Shown here: positions 25,301-33,951 of the stretch, piece by piece | Layout: each line of letters starts with the position of its first letter | Position numbering within the stretch: position 1 is the first letter of the stretch | From: Calditrichota bacterium | GTDB lineage: Bacteria; CLD3 | Length of the DNA stretch: 64,000 nucleotides | Assembly: GCA_008501735.1 (NCBI GenBank) | Contig: QQUF01000053.1 | Span: 61,163-125,162, forward strand | Reading direction: 5' to 3' | Made by a program: the position numbers and the translations under genes | Notes under the pieces: generated by a model | Database searches by the model: none | Seen by the model: only the letters and a program-made list of their open reading frames with translations | Told to the model about the DNA's origin: nothing

Positions 25301-27448
25301 ATGAAAACTTTAATCTTATCTTTAATCAGCTTAGTGTTTGCAAACAATTTATTTGCACAAGAACAGTGGTTACATTTTACAAATGACAGTGAAATAACAG
25401 CAATGGCAATTGAGAATGATACACTTTGGGCAGGAACAAAAGGAGGACTTTTGAAATGGAATTTAGTCGATTCAACTTATGAAAAATTTCTTGCTACTGA
25501 TGGATTAGCGGACAATTATGTTACATCGATAGCTATTGGCTCAAATAATACCAAATGGATTGGAACCGGAAAAGGTATTTCAAAATTTGACGGAAGTAAC
25601 TGGACTAGTTACAATTCTTTAAATAGTGGTTTAATCTATAATTACGTAACTGATATAGCTTTTGATGTTAATGGAGATGTTTGGATAAGCACAGAAAATG
25701 GAGTAAGTATGTTTGATGGAACTAATTGGATTAACTATGATTCCTCAAATAGTGGTTTAAGTAACAATAATGTTAATTCAATACTAATTGACTCTAGTGG
25801 AAATAAGTGGTTCGGAATATACACAGGAGGAGTAAGCAAGTTTGATGGAACTAATTGGATTAACTATGATTCCTCAAATAGTGGTTTAATCAATAATAAT
25901 TGCTATTCTATTGAGCAAGATGCTTCAAATAATATTTGGATTGGAACAGGAAGTGGTGTTAGCAAGTTTGACGGTTTGAATTGGACTAGTTATACCATTT
26001 TCAACAGTAATCTTGTTTCAAATACCATTCAAGACATTTCTATTGATAAAGAAGGAAATCTTTGGTTTGTAACTTTAAATGGAGCAAGTAAGTTTAATGG
26101 AACATCTTGGCAAAATTTTATAGAATCGAATAGTGGTTTAATAAGCAGTACAATCAATAGTGTTATTTCGGATTCTGATGGGAATGTTTACTTTGGTCAA
26201 GGATTTTTTCAACAAGTTGGTGGAATTTCAAGTTTTGACGGAATTAATTGGAAAAACTTTGAAACACCTAAAACTTTAACAGATAATTCTGTCCGAAAGA
26301 TATTGATTGATTCTAATGGAAATAAATGGTTTGGAAATGGCTATGGAATCAACAAACTAAGCGGTGAGACTTGGGAAAAGATTTATGGTTATGGAAATGT
26401 CTTTCCTAATCTTGGAGCTATTGATTCCGACGGAGATATTTGGTTTGGCAGTTGGAATTCGCTTGCAGAATATAATGGAACAAATTGGACTTATTACGAC
26501 GAAACAAACAGTGGTTTCCCTTCAAATTTCTCACTTGAAGCAATGGAAATTGACGGCAACAACAATATTTGGATTTCTAATGGAAATGAAAATGTTTACG
26601 GTAATGGTGTGACAAGGTTTAATGGAACAAATTGGGATTCTTTTGATACCTCGAATAGCGGTTTAATTAGTGATGATATTTATAGTATAAAAAAAGATAT
26701 TGATGGAAGTGTTTGGTTTGGAGGACAAGATGGAGTAACAAATTTCGACGGCACAAATTGGGCAACAATAAATTTCACATTTCCTTACACTGCAAGAGTG
26801 TTGTCAATTGGTATTGAACAGAATACAAAGTGGTTTGGAACATTGATGCAAGGTGTCAGAAGCTATGATGGAAACACTTGGACTTATTACGATTCTACAA
26901 ATAGTGGTTTGCCAAGCAATAAGGTTTTGGTAATTGAAATTGATAATCTTGGCAACAAGTGGTTTGGAACAGATAACGGTTTGTGCAAATTTGACGGAAC
27001 TAACTGGACTGTTTTTAACAAAGCGAATGGAGATTTAATTTCAGATTACATTTACACTTTAGCCTCAGATGATTTTGGGAATTTGTGGATAGGTTATGAA
27101 GGACTATCTATTTTTAATGAGAATGGTGTCGTTTTAGGTGTTGAAGAAATCAAGCCGGATTTTTCTCCCAAAGACTTTAATCTTTCACAAAACTATCCAA
27201 ATCCATTTAACCCAACCACAACGATTGAATATTCGATTCCTGAAAATTCATTCGTGAAACTTGAGATTTTTAATGTGCTTGGACAGAAAGTAAGAACTTT
27301 AGTTTCAGAAACTAAAATTGCTGGTAAGCACTTAATCAAATGGACTGGAACGAATGAACTGAAAAAGCAAGTCTCAAGTGGAGTTTATTTTTACAAAATT
27401 ACTGCTAACGATTTTGTAGAGAATAAGAAAATGTTATTCTTGAAATAG
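25301..27448 (+). CDS. Secreted double beta-propeller protein (Reg_prop-type repeats) with C-terminal sorting domain; true start likely ATG 25301
   Basis: MKTLILSLISLVFANNLFAQ signal peptide; repeated GNKWFGTxxGxxKFDGTNW...NSGL units; QNYPNPFNP. Confidence 0.85.
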   Translation: MKTLILSLISLVFANNLFAQEQWLHFTNDSEITAMAIENDTLWAGTKGGLLKWNLVDSTYEKFLATDGLADNYVTSIAIGSNNTKWIGTGKGISKFDGSNWTSYNSLNSGLIYNYVTDIAFDVNGDVWISTENGVSMFDGTNWINYDSSNSGLSNNNVNSILIDSSGNKWFGIYTGGVSKFDGTNWINYDSSNSGLINNNCYSIEQDASNNIWIGTGSGVSKFDGLNWTSYTIFNSNLVSNTIQDISIDKEGNLWFVTLNGASKFNGTSWQNFIESNSGLISSTINSVISDSDGNVYFGQGFFQQVGGISSFDGINWKNFETPKTLTDNSVRKILIDSNGNKWFGNGYGINKLSGETWEKIYGYGNVFPNLGAIDSDGDIWFGSWNSLAEYNGTNWTYYDETNSGFPSNFSLEAMEIDGNNNIWISNGNENVYGNGVTRFNGTNWDSFDTSNSGLISDDIYSIKKDIDGSVWFGGQDGVTNFDGTNWATINFTFPYTARVLSIGIEQNTKWFGTLMQGVRSYDGNTWTYYDSTNSGLPSNKVLVIEIDNLGNKWFGTDNGLCKFDGTNWTVFNKANGDLISDYIYTLASDDFGNLWIGYEGLSIFNENGVVLGVEEIKPDFSPKDFNLSQNYPNPFNPTTTIEYSIPENSFVKLEIFNVLGQKVRTLVSETKIAGKHLIKWTGTNELKKQVSSGVYFYKITANDFVENKKMLFLK

Positions 27449-27493
27449 GAATGGAAAAAGAACTTTGAAAATTAAAATTTTGGAGAATGAAAA

Positions 27494-28030
27494 GTGAGAA
27501 TTTTTGAAATTTTATTAATCCTTTTCTTACTTGTAGGTTGTTCAAACCAAACGATTTTAAGAAATTCACAAGAAGCCCTTGGGCTGTATAAAGAGATCAG
27601 CCAGAAGTCAAAAGATAAAATTTTTGATGTTGAACTTTGTGAAAAAGACAGTATAGTTTGGGGTGAGAAATTAGAAATTGATAAAGAATTTTTTCTATTT
27701 ACAAACTCTAAGACAAAAGAAAAAATTAGCCTTCACAGAGACGAGATTAAAAAATTAACGATTTACTCTAAAGGTTCAAAAACTCTTGCAACAATTACAG
27801 GAGCAGGAATTGGAGCTGTTTCAGGAGCCACAATGGGTTTAGGGCTTCTTTACTCTTTGGAAAATAATTTACAAACAGGTTCGTTAGAGAGTGAAGAGTC
27901 ATCTTTTAAGGCTCCTTCTTTTCTGATTGTTGGTTTTGGTGGTGCAATTGCAGGTTTTTTCGGTGGTGCGGTTTTAGGTTCCAAAAGTGTTGGAAGTGAA
28001 GTTTATGAATTCGATAATTGTTCAAAATAA
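27494..28030 (+). CDS. Hypothetical lipoprotein with glycine-zipper helices
   Basis: Lipobox LVGC; GxxxG repeats GAGIGAVSGATMG and GGAIAGFFGGAVLG. Confidence 0.7.
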   Translation: MRIFEILLILFLLVGCSNQTILRNSQEALGLYKEISQKSKDKIFDVELCEKDSIVWGEKLEIDKEFFLFTNSKTKEKISLHRDEIKKLTIYSKGSKTLATITGAGIGAVSGATMGLGLLYSLENNLQTGSLESEESSFKAPSFLIVGFGGAIAGFFGGAVLGSKSVGSEVYEFDNCSK

Positions 28031-28038
28031 TTTCTTAG

Positions 28039-28067
28039 AAAAAAGGCAAGAATTTAACCTTGCCTTT
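28039..28067. terminator. Terminator between convergent genes
   Basis: AAAGGCAAG-loop-CTTGCCTTT. Confidence 0.65.
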
Positions 28068-28074
28068 AAAAAAA

Positions 28075-28605
28075 TTATTTTTTCTTTGATTCGGGAATCC
28101 AACCGTCAGGCTTGATTTTTAAGAGTTTCTTTTTGATTCTCTTTTTTTCGTCTTTCTCTAATTTGCCAACGAAAAGTTTTCCGTCAAGGTGGTCAATTTC
28201 GTGTTGCAAAACTCTTGACAAATATTCTTCGTCTTCCAAAATCTGTTCTCTTCCGTCAATGTCAAGGTATTTTAGTTTGATTCTTTTAGGGCGTTTAACA
28301 ATTGCGTAAACGTCAGGAACACTAAGACAACCCTCGTCCATTTCACATTCATCTTCCATTTCGAGAAATTCGGGATTTATGAAAATTGTCGGAATTTCTC
28401 CTTCTGTAATCATTCCCAAATCAACGACAAGCATTCGGATTGAATGTCCAACTTGTGGAGCAGCCAAACCAACTCCGTCTCCTGCAATCATTGTATCAAT
28501 CATATTTGTTGCAAGTTCGATAATCGAATCGTCAATTTTTTCAATTGGTTTTGCAATTTGCTCTAAAATTGGGTCGCCGATTGTCCTGATTTTCAAAATG
28601 CTCAT
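28075..28605 (-). CDS. def: Peptide deformylase
   Basis: GVGLAAPQ, EGCLS, QHEIDHLDG motifs. Confidence 0.97.
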   Translation of the reverse strand: MSILKIRTIGDPILEQIAKPIEKIDDSIIELATNMIDTMIAGDGVGLAAPQVGHSIRMLVVDLGMITEGEIPTIFINPEFLEMEDECEMDEGCLSVPDVYAIVKRPKRIKLKYLDIDGREQILEDEEYLSRVLQHEIDHLDGKLFVGKLEKDEKKRIKKKLLKIKPDGWIPESKKK

Positions 28606-28616
28606 TTTCTAACTTT

Positions 28617-29018
28617 CTAATGTTTTGATAACTTATATCTTTGCTGAGCTTGTGGCAAAGGATTTGCTTTGTCGAGTTTGATTTTCAAATCGCTAGAAAT
28701 ATCTTCGTAATGATTTGCCATTCTGCGAATAAAAAACTTTTTGACACGAACAACAATGTTCCACCACTTGTCTTCTGGTGTAAGTTTTCCTGCAATTTTG
28801 TATTGCATTACAGCCGCTTGCATAACTCTTGAAATCATATCGTATTCATCTCTTTTGAAAATGATTTCATTTGACTCACCTTCGCATTTCTCAACAATTA
28901 CGTCCATCATATTTTGTGTTTTTTTGAACTTCTTTTTGTCTTGAATCGGTTTCATTGTACCTTTGATTAAGGCTGAAACTGCTTTGCGTTGGCTTTTGCT
29001 AAGTAAAAACTTTGGCAT
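28617..29018 (-). CDS. Hypothetical basic protein
   Basis: 133-aa ORF with RBS, in operon between hbd and def. Confidence 0.7.
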   Translation of the reverse strand: MPKFLLSKSQRKAVSALIKGTMKPIQDKKKFKKTQNMMDVIVEKCEGESNEIIFKRDEYDMISRVMQAAVMQYKIAGKLTPEDKWWNIVVRVKKFFIRRMANHYEDISSDLKIKLDKANPLPQAQQRYKLSKH

Positions 29019-29027
29019 TAATTTTTC

Positions 29028-29879
29028 CTATTCGTAGTCGTAAACGCCTTTTCCGACTTTCTTACCAAGTCTTCCAGCTTTCACATATTTTTCGATTAAA
29101 GGACAAGGGCGATATTTTTCGCCAAGAGTTTGTTGCAAATATTTGAGAATGCTAAGTCTTGTGTCAAGCCCAACAAGGTCAATCATTTCAAAAGGTCCCA
29201 TTGGGTGATTAAGTCCAAGTTTGAGAGCTTTGTCAATTCCTCTTGCAGAAGCAACTCCTTCTTGAAGCATATAAAATGCCTCGTTTCCAATCATTGCGTT
29301 AATTCGGCTTGTTACAAATCCAGGAGATTCGTTCACTTCGACAGTTTCTTTACCCATATTTACAGAAACTAATTCTGTTGCTTGGTAAGTTTCGTCAGAG
29401 GTTTCAAGTCCACGAATAATTTCAACAAGTTTCATTTTGTGAACAGGGTTGAAAAAGTGCATTCCAATTACTTTTTCAGGTCTGCGAGTTGCTCCAGCCA
29501 TTTCGGTAATGCTCAAACCTGAAGTGTTTGTTGCAAAAACTGTATCAGGTTTACAAAAATTGTCAAGATTTTCCATCAATTGAAGTTTTAAGTCAATTCT
29601 TTCCGGAATCGCTTCAATTACCAAATCGGAATCTTCAACAGAGCTTTTGAGTTCGGCACTAAGTGAGATTTTTGAAATTGCTGAATCCATTTTACCTTGT
29701 GAAAGTTTGCCGAGTTCGACACCTTTTGCCATATTCTTTTTGATTCGCTCAAAGTTTTTTTCAAGCACTTCCAACGAAATGTCATTTATTACAACATCGT
29801 AACCGCCAATAGCTCCAACGTGAGCAATTCCTAAGCCCATTGTTCCGCTTCCGATTACTGTTATTTTTTTTACGTTCAT
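29028..29879 (-). CDS. hbd: 3-hydroxybutyryl-CoA/3-hydroxyacyl-CoA dehydrogenase
   Basis: GSGTMGLGIA, IEAIPE, NTSGLS, GMHFFNP, PMGPFEMIDLVGLD motifs. Confidence 0.9.
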   Translation of the reverse strand: MNVKKITVIGSGTMGLGIAHVGAIGGYDVVINDISLEVLEKNFERIKKNMAKGVELGKLSQGKMDSAISKISLSAELKSSVEDSDLVIEAIPERIDLKLQLMENLDNFCKPDTVFATNTSGLSITEMAGATRRPEKVIGMHFFNPVHKMKLVEIIRGLETSDETYQATELVSVNMGKETVEVNESPGFVTSRINAMIGNEAFYMLQEGVASARGIDKALKLGLNHPMGPFEMIDLVGLDTRLSILKYLQQTLGEKYRPCPLIEKYVKAGRLGKKVGKGVYDYE

Positions 29880-30011
29880 TTTATTTCCTAAAAATTATAA
29901 TTTTCCATTTGCCAAAAAACGTTAAAGGACTCATTTAAAGTGAGAAACTAAAACTTTTAATGAGCATCTAATTTACTTGTTTTTTCTAATTTTTCAAATT
30001 GCAAAATTGTG

Positions 30012-30040
30012 TTGACTTAAAAGGCGTAAAGTAATATTTT
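30012..30040 (+). promoter_or_regulatory. Sigma-70 promoter of the yicC-gmk-rpoZ-coaBC operon
   Basis: TTGACT-17 bp-TATTTT. Confidence 0.6.
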
Positions 30041-30072
30041 TCTTGATTTACAATTAATTGAGCAAGTTATCT

Positions 30073-30954
30073 ATGATTAGCAGTATGACTGGTTTTGGGA
30101 GCGTTACTCTTGAGGTTCTTGGAACAACAGTTCAAGTTGAAGTGAAGACAGTAAATCACCGTTTTAGTGAAATCTCTACAAAACTACCGAAGCCACTTTA
30201 TTCTTTTGAGCAAGAAATCCGAGAAATTCTTAAAAAGAGAATTCAACGAGGAAAAATCACTTTGGTTATTAATTTTACAAACCAAAATGATGTTCCTTCA
30301 AATGAAATTAATGAAACCTTAGCCGTCAAATATTTTGACTCTCTAACAAAACTTAATGCAAAACTTGGAATTTCAGAAGAGGTCAAATTAGACCAAATTC
30401 TCGCTTTTCCTGACGTTATAATTCCACACGAACTTTCCGAAGAAGAACAGGTTGTTTTTATTAAAGAAATTTGTGAAGGAGTAGAAAAGGCAACTGACAA
30501 ACTCCTTAAAATGCGTCTTGATGAAGGCAAGAGTTTGGAAAATGATTTGGTAAAAAGAATCGAAATCTTAGAGAAAACTTTAGTCGAAATTTATGAAATC
30601 ACCAAAAATGCTTCTGCTGACATTCGCGAAAATCTGACGAATAAAATAAATAATTTGTTGAACGACAATTCGGTAATCGTCAAAGAACGACTTGAACTTG
30701 AAATTGCATTTTTGGCTGACAAAGCTGACGTTACAGAAGAAATTACTCGTTTCAACAGTCACAACAAACTTTTCTTAGAAACAATCAAAACCTCCGAAGC
30801 TCCGGGAAGAAGAATGAATTTCTTACTTCAAGAGATGAATCGCGAGGCTAACACAATCGGCTCAAAATCTTCAAAATCGGAAATCGCTCACTTTGTTGTA
30901 ACCCTCAAAGAAGAAATTGAAAGAATTAGAGAACAGGTACAAAATATTGAGTAA
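30073..30954 (+). CDS. yicC: YicC/YloC-family endoribonuclease (start likely ATG 30073)
   Basis: SMTGFG, VNHRF, GRRMNFLLQEMNREANTIGSK, EQVQNIE. Confidence 0.95.
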   Translation: MISSMTGFGSVTLEVLGTTVQVEVKTVNHRFSEISTKLPKPLYSFEQEIREILKKRIQRGKITLVINFTNQNDVPSNEINETLAVKYFDSLTKLNAKLGISEEVKLDQILAFPDVIIPHELSEEEQVVFIKEICEGVEKATDKLLKMRLDEGKSLENDLVKRIEILEKTLVEIYEITKNASADIRENLTNKINNLLNDNSVIVKERLELEIAFLADKADVTEEITRFNSHNKLFLETIKTSEAPGRRMNFLLQEMNREANTIGSKSSKSEIAHFVVTLKEEIERIREQVQNIE

Positions 30955-31519
30955 CAGCGAAGAAAAAGGTTTTCTGTTTGTTGTCTCTTCTCCTTCTGGC
31001 GGTGGAAAATCAACAATTTTGGAAGAAGTGTTAAAACAAGATTTGAACTTGAGTTACTCAATTTCTTTCACAACTCGCAAACAAAGAGATTACGAAGAAA
31101 ATGGAAAACATTATTTTTTTGTAAGTGAATCTGAATTTGAAGAAATGATTGTTCAGAATGAATTTCTGGAATGGGAAAAGGTTCACGGAAACTTTTACGG
31201 CACTTCTCGTAAGAAAATCGAAGCCCAACTTGAGCAAGGCAAAAATATTGTTTTAGACCTTGACGTTCTTGGAGCTTTGAAACTGAAAGAGAAGAACCCA
31301 AGAACAGTTTTAATTTTTATAACAGTTTCTTCTTTAGAAATTTTAGAGGCACGATTAAGAAATAGAAAATCTGAAACAGAGGAAACAATTCAGGTTAGAT
31401 TGGAACGTGCCGCAAAAGAAATGGCTTTTACAGAAAAATATGACCACGTGATAGAAAATTTAGAAATCGAAAAATCAGTAAACGAATTTAAAGAAATTAT
31501 TAATCAATACTTAAACTGA
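30947..31519 (+). CDS. gmk: Guanylate kinase (start likely TTG 30947)
   Basis: SSPSGGGKST, TTR, HYFFVS, FLEW..VHGNFYGT. Confidence 0.96.
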   Translation: MSNSEEKGFLFVVSSPSGGGKSTILEEVLKQDLNLSYSISFTTRKQRDYEENGKHYFFVSESEFEEMIVQNEFLEWEKVHGNFYGTSRKKIEAQLEQGKNIVLDLDVLGALKLKEKNPRTVLIFITVSSLEILEARLRNRKSETEETIQVRLERAAKEMAFTEKYDHVIENLEIEKSVNEFKEIINQYLN

Positions 31520-31531
31520 AAGGTTTAAAAA

Positions 31532-31816
31532 ATGAAATTAATCAAACGTTCACACTTGGAAGATAGTGCAGACAATATTTACGAAGCAATAATGGCTGCA
31601 GGAAAAAGAGCGAGACAAATCAATTACCAAAGAAAACAATTGATGCAACCAGAAGATTTAGATACGAATTTGCTTTACGAAGAAGAGATTGACAGAGAAG
31701 CATTGAAAAGAGAATTTATCGACCCACCAAAACCAACAGTTTTAGCGATTGATGAACTTCTTGATTCTAAATTAAATTTCCATTACAAAACTGATGCAAC
31801 AAACAAAAAACGATAA
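31532..31816 (+). CDS. rpoZ: RNA polymerase omega subunit
   Basis: NIYEAIMAAGKRARQI and KPTVLAIDE; conserved gmk-rpoZ-coaBC order. Confidence 0.9.
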   Translation: MKLIKRSHLEDSADNIYEAIMAAGKRARQINYQRKQLMQPEDLDTNLLYEEEIDREALKREFIDPPKPTVLAIDELLDSKLNFHYKTDATNKKR

Positions 31817-32984
31817 AAAAATTGTTCTTTGCGTAAGTGGTGGAATTGCCGTTTACAAAGCGTGTGAACTCGTCAGACTTTTGAGAAAATCAAATTATCT
31901 CGTGAAAGTTGTGATGACGAAAAACGCAATGGAGTTTGTTACTCCAACAACTTTTGAAGTCCTTTCAAACAATGAAGTTTTTACGAGTGTCTTTCCTGCC
32001 GATAAGCGGAAAGACACTTATCACATCGAATTGGCTCGTTGGGCTGATCTAATCCTCGTTGCTCCTGCAACAGCAAACACAATCGGAAAAATCGCAAACG
32101 GAATCGCTGACGATATTCTTACAACAACTTTAATTGGCACAAAAGCTCCTGTAATCGTAGCTCCTGCAATGAACGATTTTATGTACGAAAATCAGGCTTT
32201 ACAAACAAACCTTGAGAAATTGAAAAGTTTTGGTTACGGAATCATTCCTCCAGGTTTTGGCGATTTGGCTTGTGGAGTTCACTCCGTCGGAAGACTTGCC
32301 GAACCTGAACAAATTTTCCAAGAAGTCGAGAATTTTTTTACCGAAAGCCAATCGCTTCAAGGCAAAAAAATCCTAATCACAGCAGGTCCAACAAAAGAGC
32401 CGATTGACCCTGTTCGTTTCATTTCAAATCCTTCAAGTGGAAAAATGGGTTATGCAATCGCTGAGAAAGCAATTGAAATGGGAGCAGAAGTTACGCTTGT
32501 TAGCGGAGAAGTTTTCATTTCTCCACCGCCAAAAGCAAAGTTAATCAAAGTTAAAACTGCTCAAGCAATGTTCGAAGCGACAATGCAAAATTACGAAAAT
32601 TGTGAAGTCGCAATTTTTACAGCAGCAGTCGGAGATTACACTCCCAAAAATCCTGCAAAAGAAAAATTAAAGAAAAGTTCTGACTCATTTTCTTTAGAAC
32701 TCACAAAAACTAAAGACATTGCTTTTGAAGCAGGAAAACTCAAAGGCAAAAGAATTCACATTGGCTTTGCAGTCGAGACCGAAAATGAACTTGAAAACGC
32801 TAAAACCAAACTACAAAAGAAAAATTTTGACTTTGTGGTCCTGAACAATCCGAAAGAAAAAGGTGCAGCTTTTCAAGGCGACACAAACAAAGTAACTTTA
32901 GTTTTTAGCAACAAAACCGAATCCCTTCCGTTGATGAGCAAAAAAGAATTAGCTCGAAAAATCCTTCAAAGAATTAAGAATTAG
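31794..32984 (+). CDS. coaBC: Phosphopantothenoylcysteine decarboxylase/ligase CoaBC
   Basis: GGIAVYK, APATAN, PAMN, LACG, TAGPTKEPIDPVRFISNPSSGKMG. Confidence 0.97.
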   Translation: MQQTKNDKKIVLCVSGGIAVYKACELVRLLRKSNYLVKVVMTKNAMEFVTPTTFEVLSNNEVFTSVFPADKRKDTYHIELARWADLILVAPATANTIGKIANGIADDILTTTLIGTKAPVIVAPAMNDFMYENQALQTNLEKLKSFGYGIIPPGFGDLACGVHSVGRLAEPEQIFQEVENFFTESQSLQGKKILITAGPTKEPIDPVRFISNPSSGKMGYAIAEKAIEMGAEVTLVSGEVFISPPPKAKLIKVKTAQAMFEATMQNYENCEVAIFTAAVGDYTPKNPAKEKLKKSSDSFSLELTKTKDIAFEAGKLKGKRIHIGFAVETENELENAKTKLQKKNFDFVVLNNPKEKGAAFQGDTNKVTLVFSNKTESLPLMSKKELARKILQRIKN

Positions 32985-33004
32985 AAATTAAGAATTAAGA
33001 ATTT
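32970..33004 (+). repeat. Five tandem heptamers (AGAATTA)
   Basis: AGAATTA AGAATTA GAAATTA AGAATTA AGAATTT spanning the coaBC stop. Confidence 0.75.
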
Positions 33005-33107
33005 CTGTTTAGTAGAAATTTCTTAAAAACTCTATTTCAAAACCAATTGAGCGAAGCGAAAGAGCTTTTCTATTAGGCATTAATCATTAAAAAAATGGGA
33101 GAATTCT

Positions 33108-33869
33108 ATGAAAACCTTAACCAGAGAAGAAATCCTTAGTGAAATTACGGCAAAACTTGAACCGCTTGAATTTGTAAATGCAATGTGGGAAGCAGGAGCG
33201 AAAGCGTTTAATCGAGTCGATGAGTGGTCAGACATTGATTTACAGATTGATGTTAAAGATGGGTTTGAAGAACAAACATTTAATATTTTTGAAGAAACCT
33301 TAAAGTCTCTCTCACCGATTGAGCTAAGATTTGTTTTGCCAAAACCGACTTGGCACGGACACGAACAAGCATTTTACAAACTAAAAAATGCTTCGGAGTT
33401 TCTGCTAATCGACTTTGTTTTGATGACTGAAAGCAATAAAAGCAAATTTCTTGAATCTGAAATTCACGGAAAACCAAACTTTCTTTTTGATAAAAACAAC
33501 ACTTCGAATTGTTCTAACTTTGATGCGAGTTCACAGAAAGAATTGATTCGGAAAAGGATTGAGAATCTGAAAGTAACTTTCCCACTTTACCAAGCTTTAA
33601 CGACAAAAGAACTCCACAGAAAAAATTACATTGAAGCATTTAGTTATTATCAAGGAATGACTCTTAGACCTTTGGTAGAAGTTTTACGAATGAAGTTTGA
33701 GCCGAATCGTTACAATTTTCACACTCGTTACGTTTACTATGAATTTCCAAAAGAAGTGGTTAGTAGGTTAGAGGAGTTTTTCTTTGTCACAAAAGGAGAA
33801 GAACTTTGGCAAAAACATTCTGAAGCAGGAAAGTGGTTTTACGAAACCCTGAATGAATTAAAAAACTAA
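33108..33869 (+). CDS. Pol-beta-type nucleotidyltransferase domain protein
   Basis: EAGAKA...DEWSDIDL (DxD), later IDF; helical C-terminal domain. Confidence 0.75.
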   Translation: MKTLTREEILSEITAKLEPLEFVNAMWEAGAKAFNRVDEWSDIDLQIDVKDGFEEQTFNIFEETLKSLSPIELRFVLPKPTWHGHEQAFYKLKNASEFLLIDFVLMTESNKSKFLESEIHGKPNFLFDKNNTSNCSNFDASSQKELIRKRIENLKVTFPLYQALTTKELHRKNYIEAFSYYQGMTLRPLVEVLRMKFEPNRYNFHTRYVYYEFPKEVVSRLEEFFFVTKGEELWQKHSEAGKWFYETLNELKN

Positions 33870-33872
33870 AAC

Positions 33873-33911
33873 AAAAAAAGCCGTTGAACATTAAAGTTCA
33901 ACGGCTTTTTT
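33873..33911. terminator. Bidirectional terminator
   Basis: AAAAAAGCCGTTGAAC-loop-GTTCAACGGCTTTTTT. Confidence 0.88.
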
Positions 33912-33951
33912 ATTTAAAAATTAGTAATCGAAATTACTATTTCATTTTGAC

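Noticed and set aside
32970-33062. CRISPR array or mobile element at the heptamer repeat and GAGCGAAGCGAA
   Set aside because: No spacers, cas genes, transposase or terminal repeats; it is a simple short tandem repeat.
33108-33869. Nucleotidyltransferase as a CBASS cyclase or toxin-antitoxin component
   Set aside because: No adjacent effector or HEPN partner; it looks like a stand-alone small-molecule nucleotidyltransferase.
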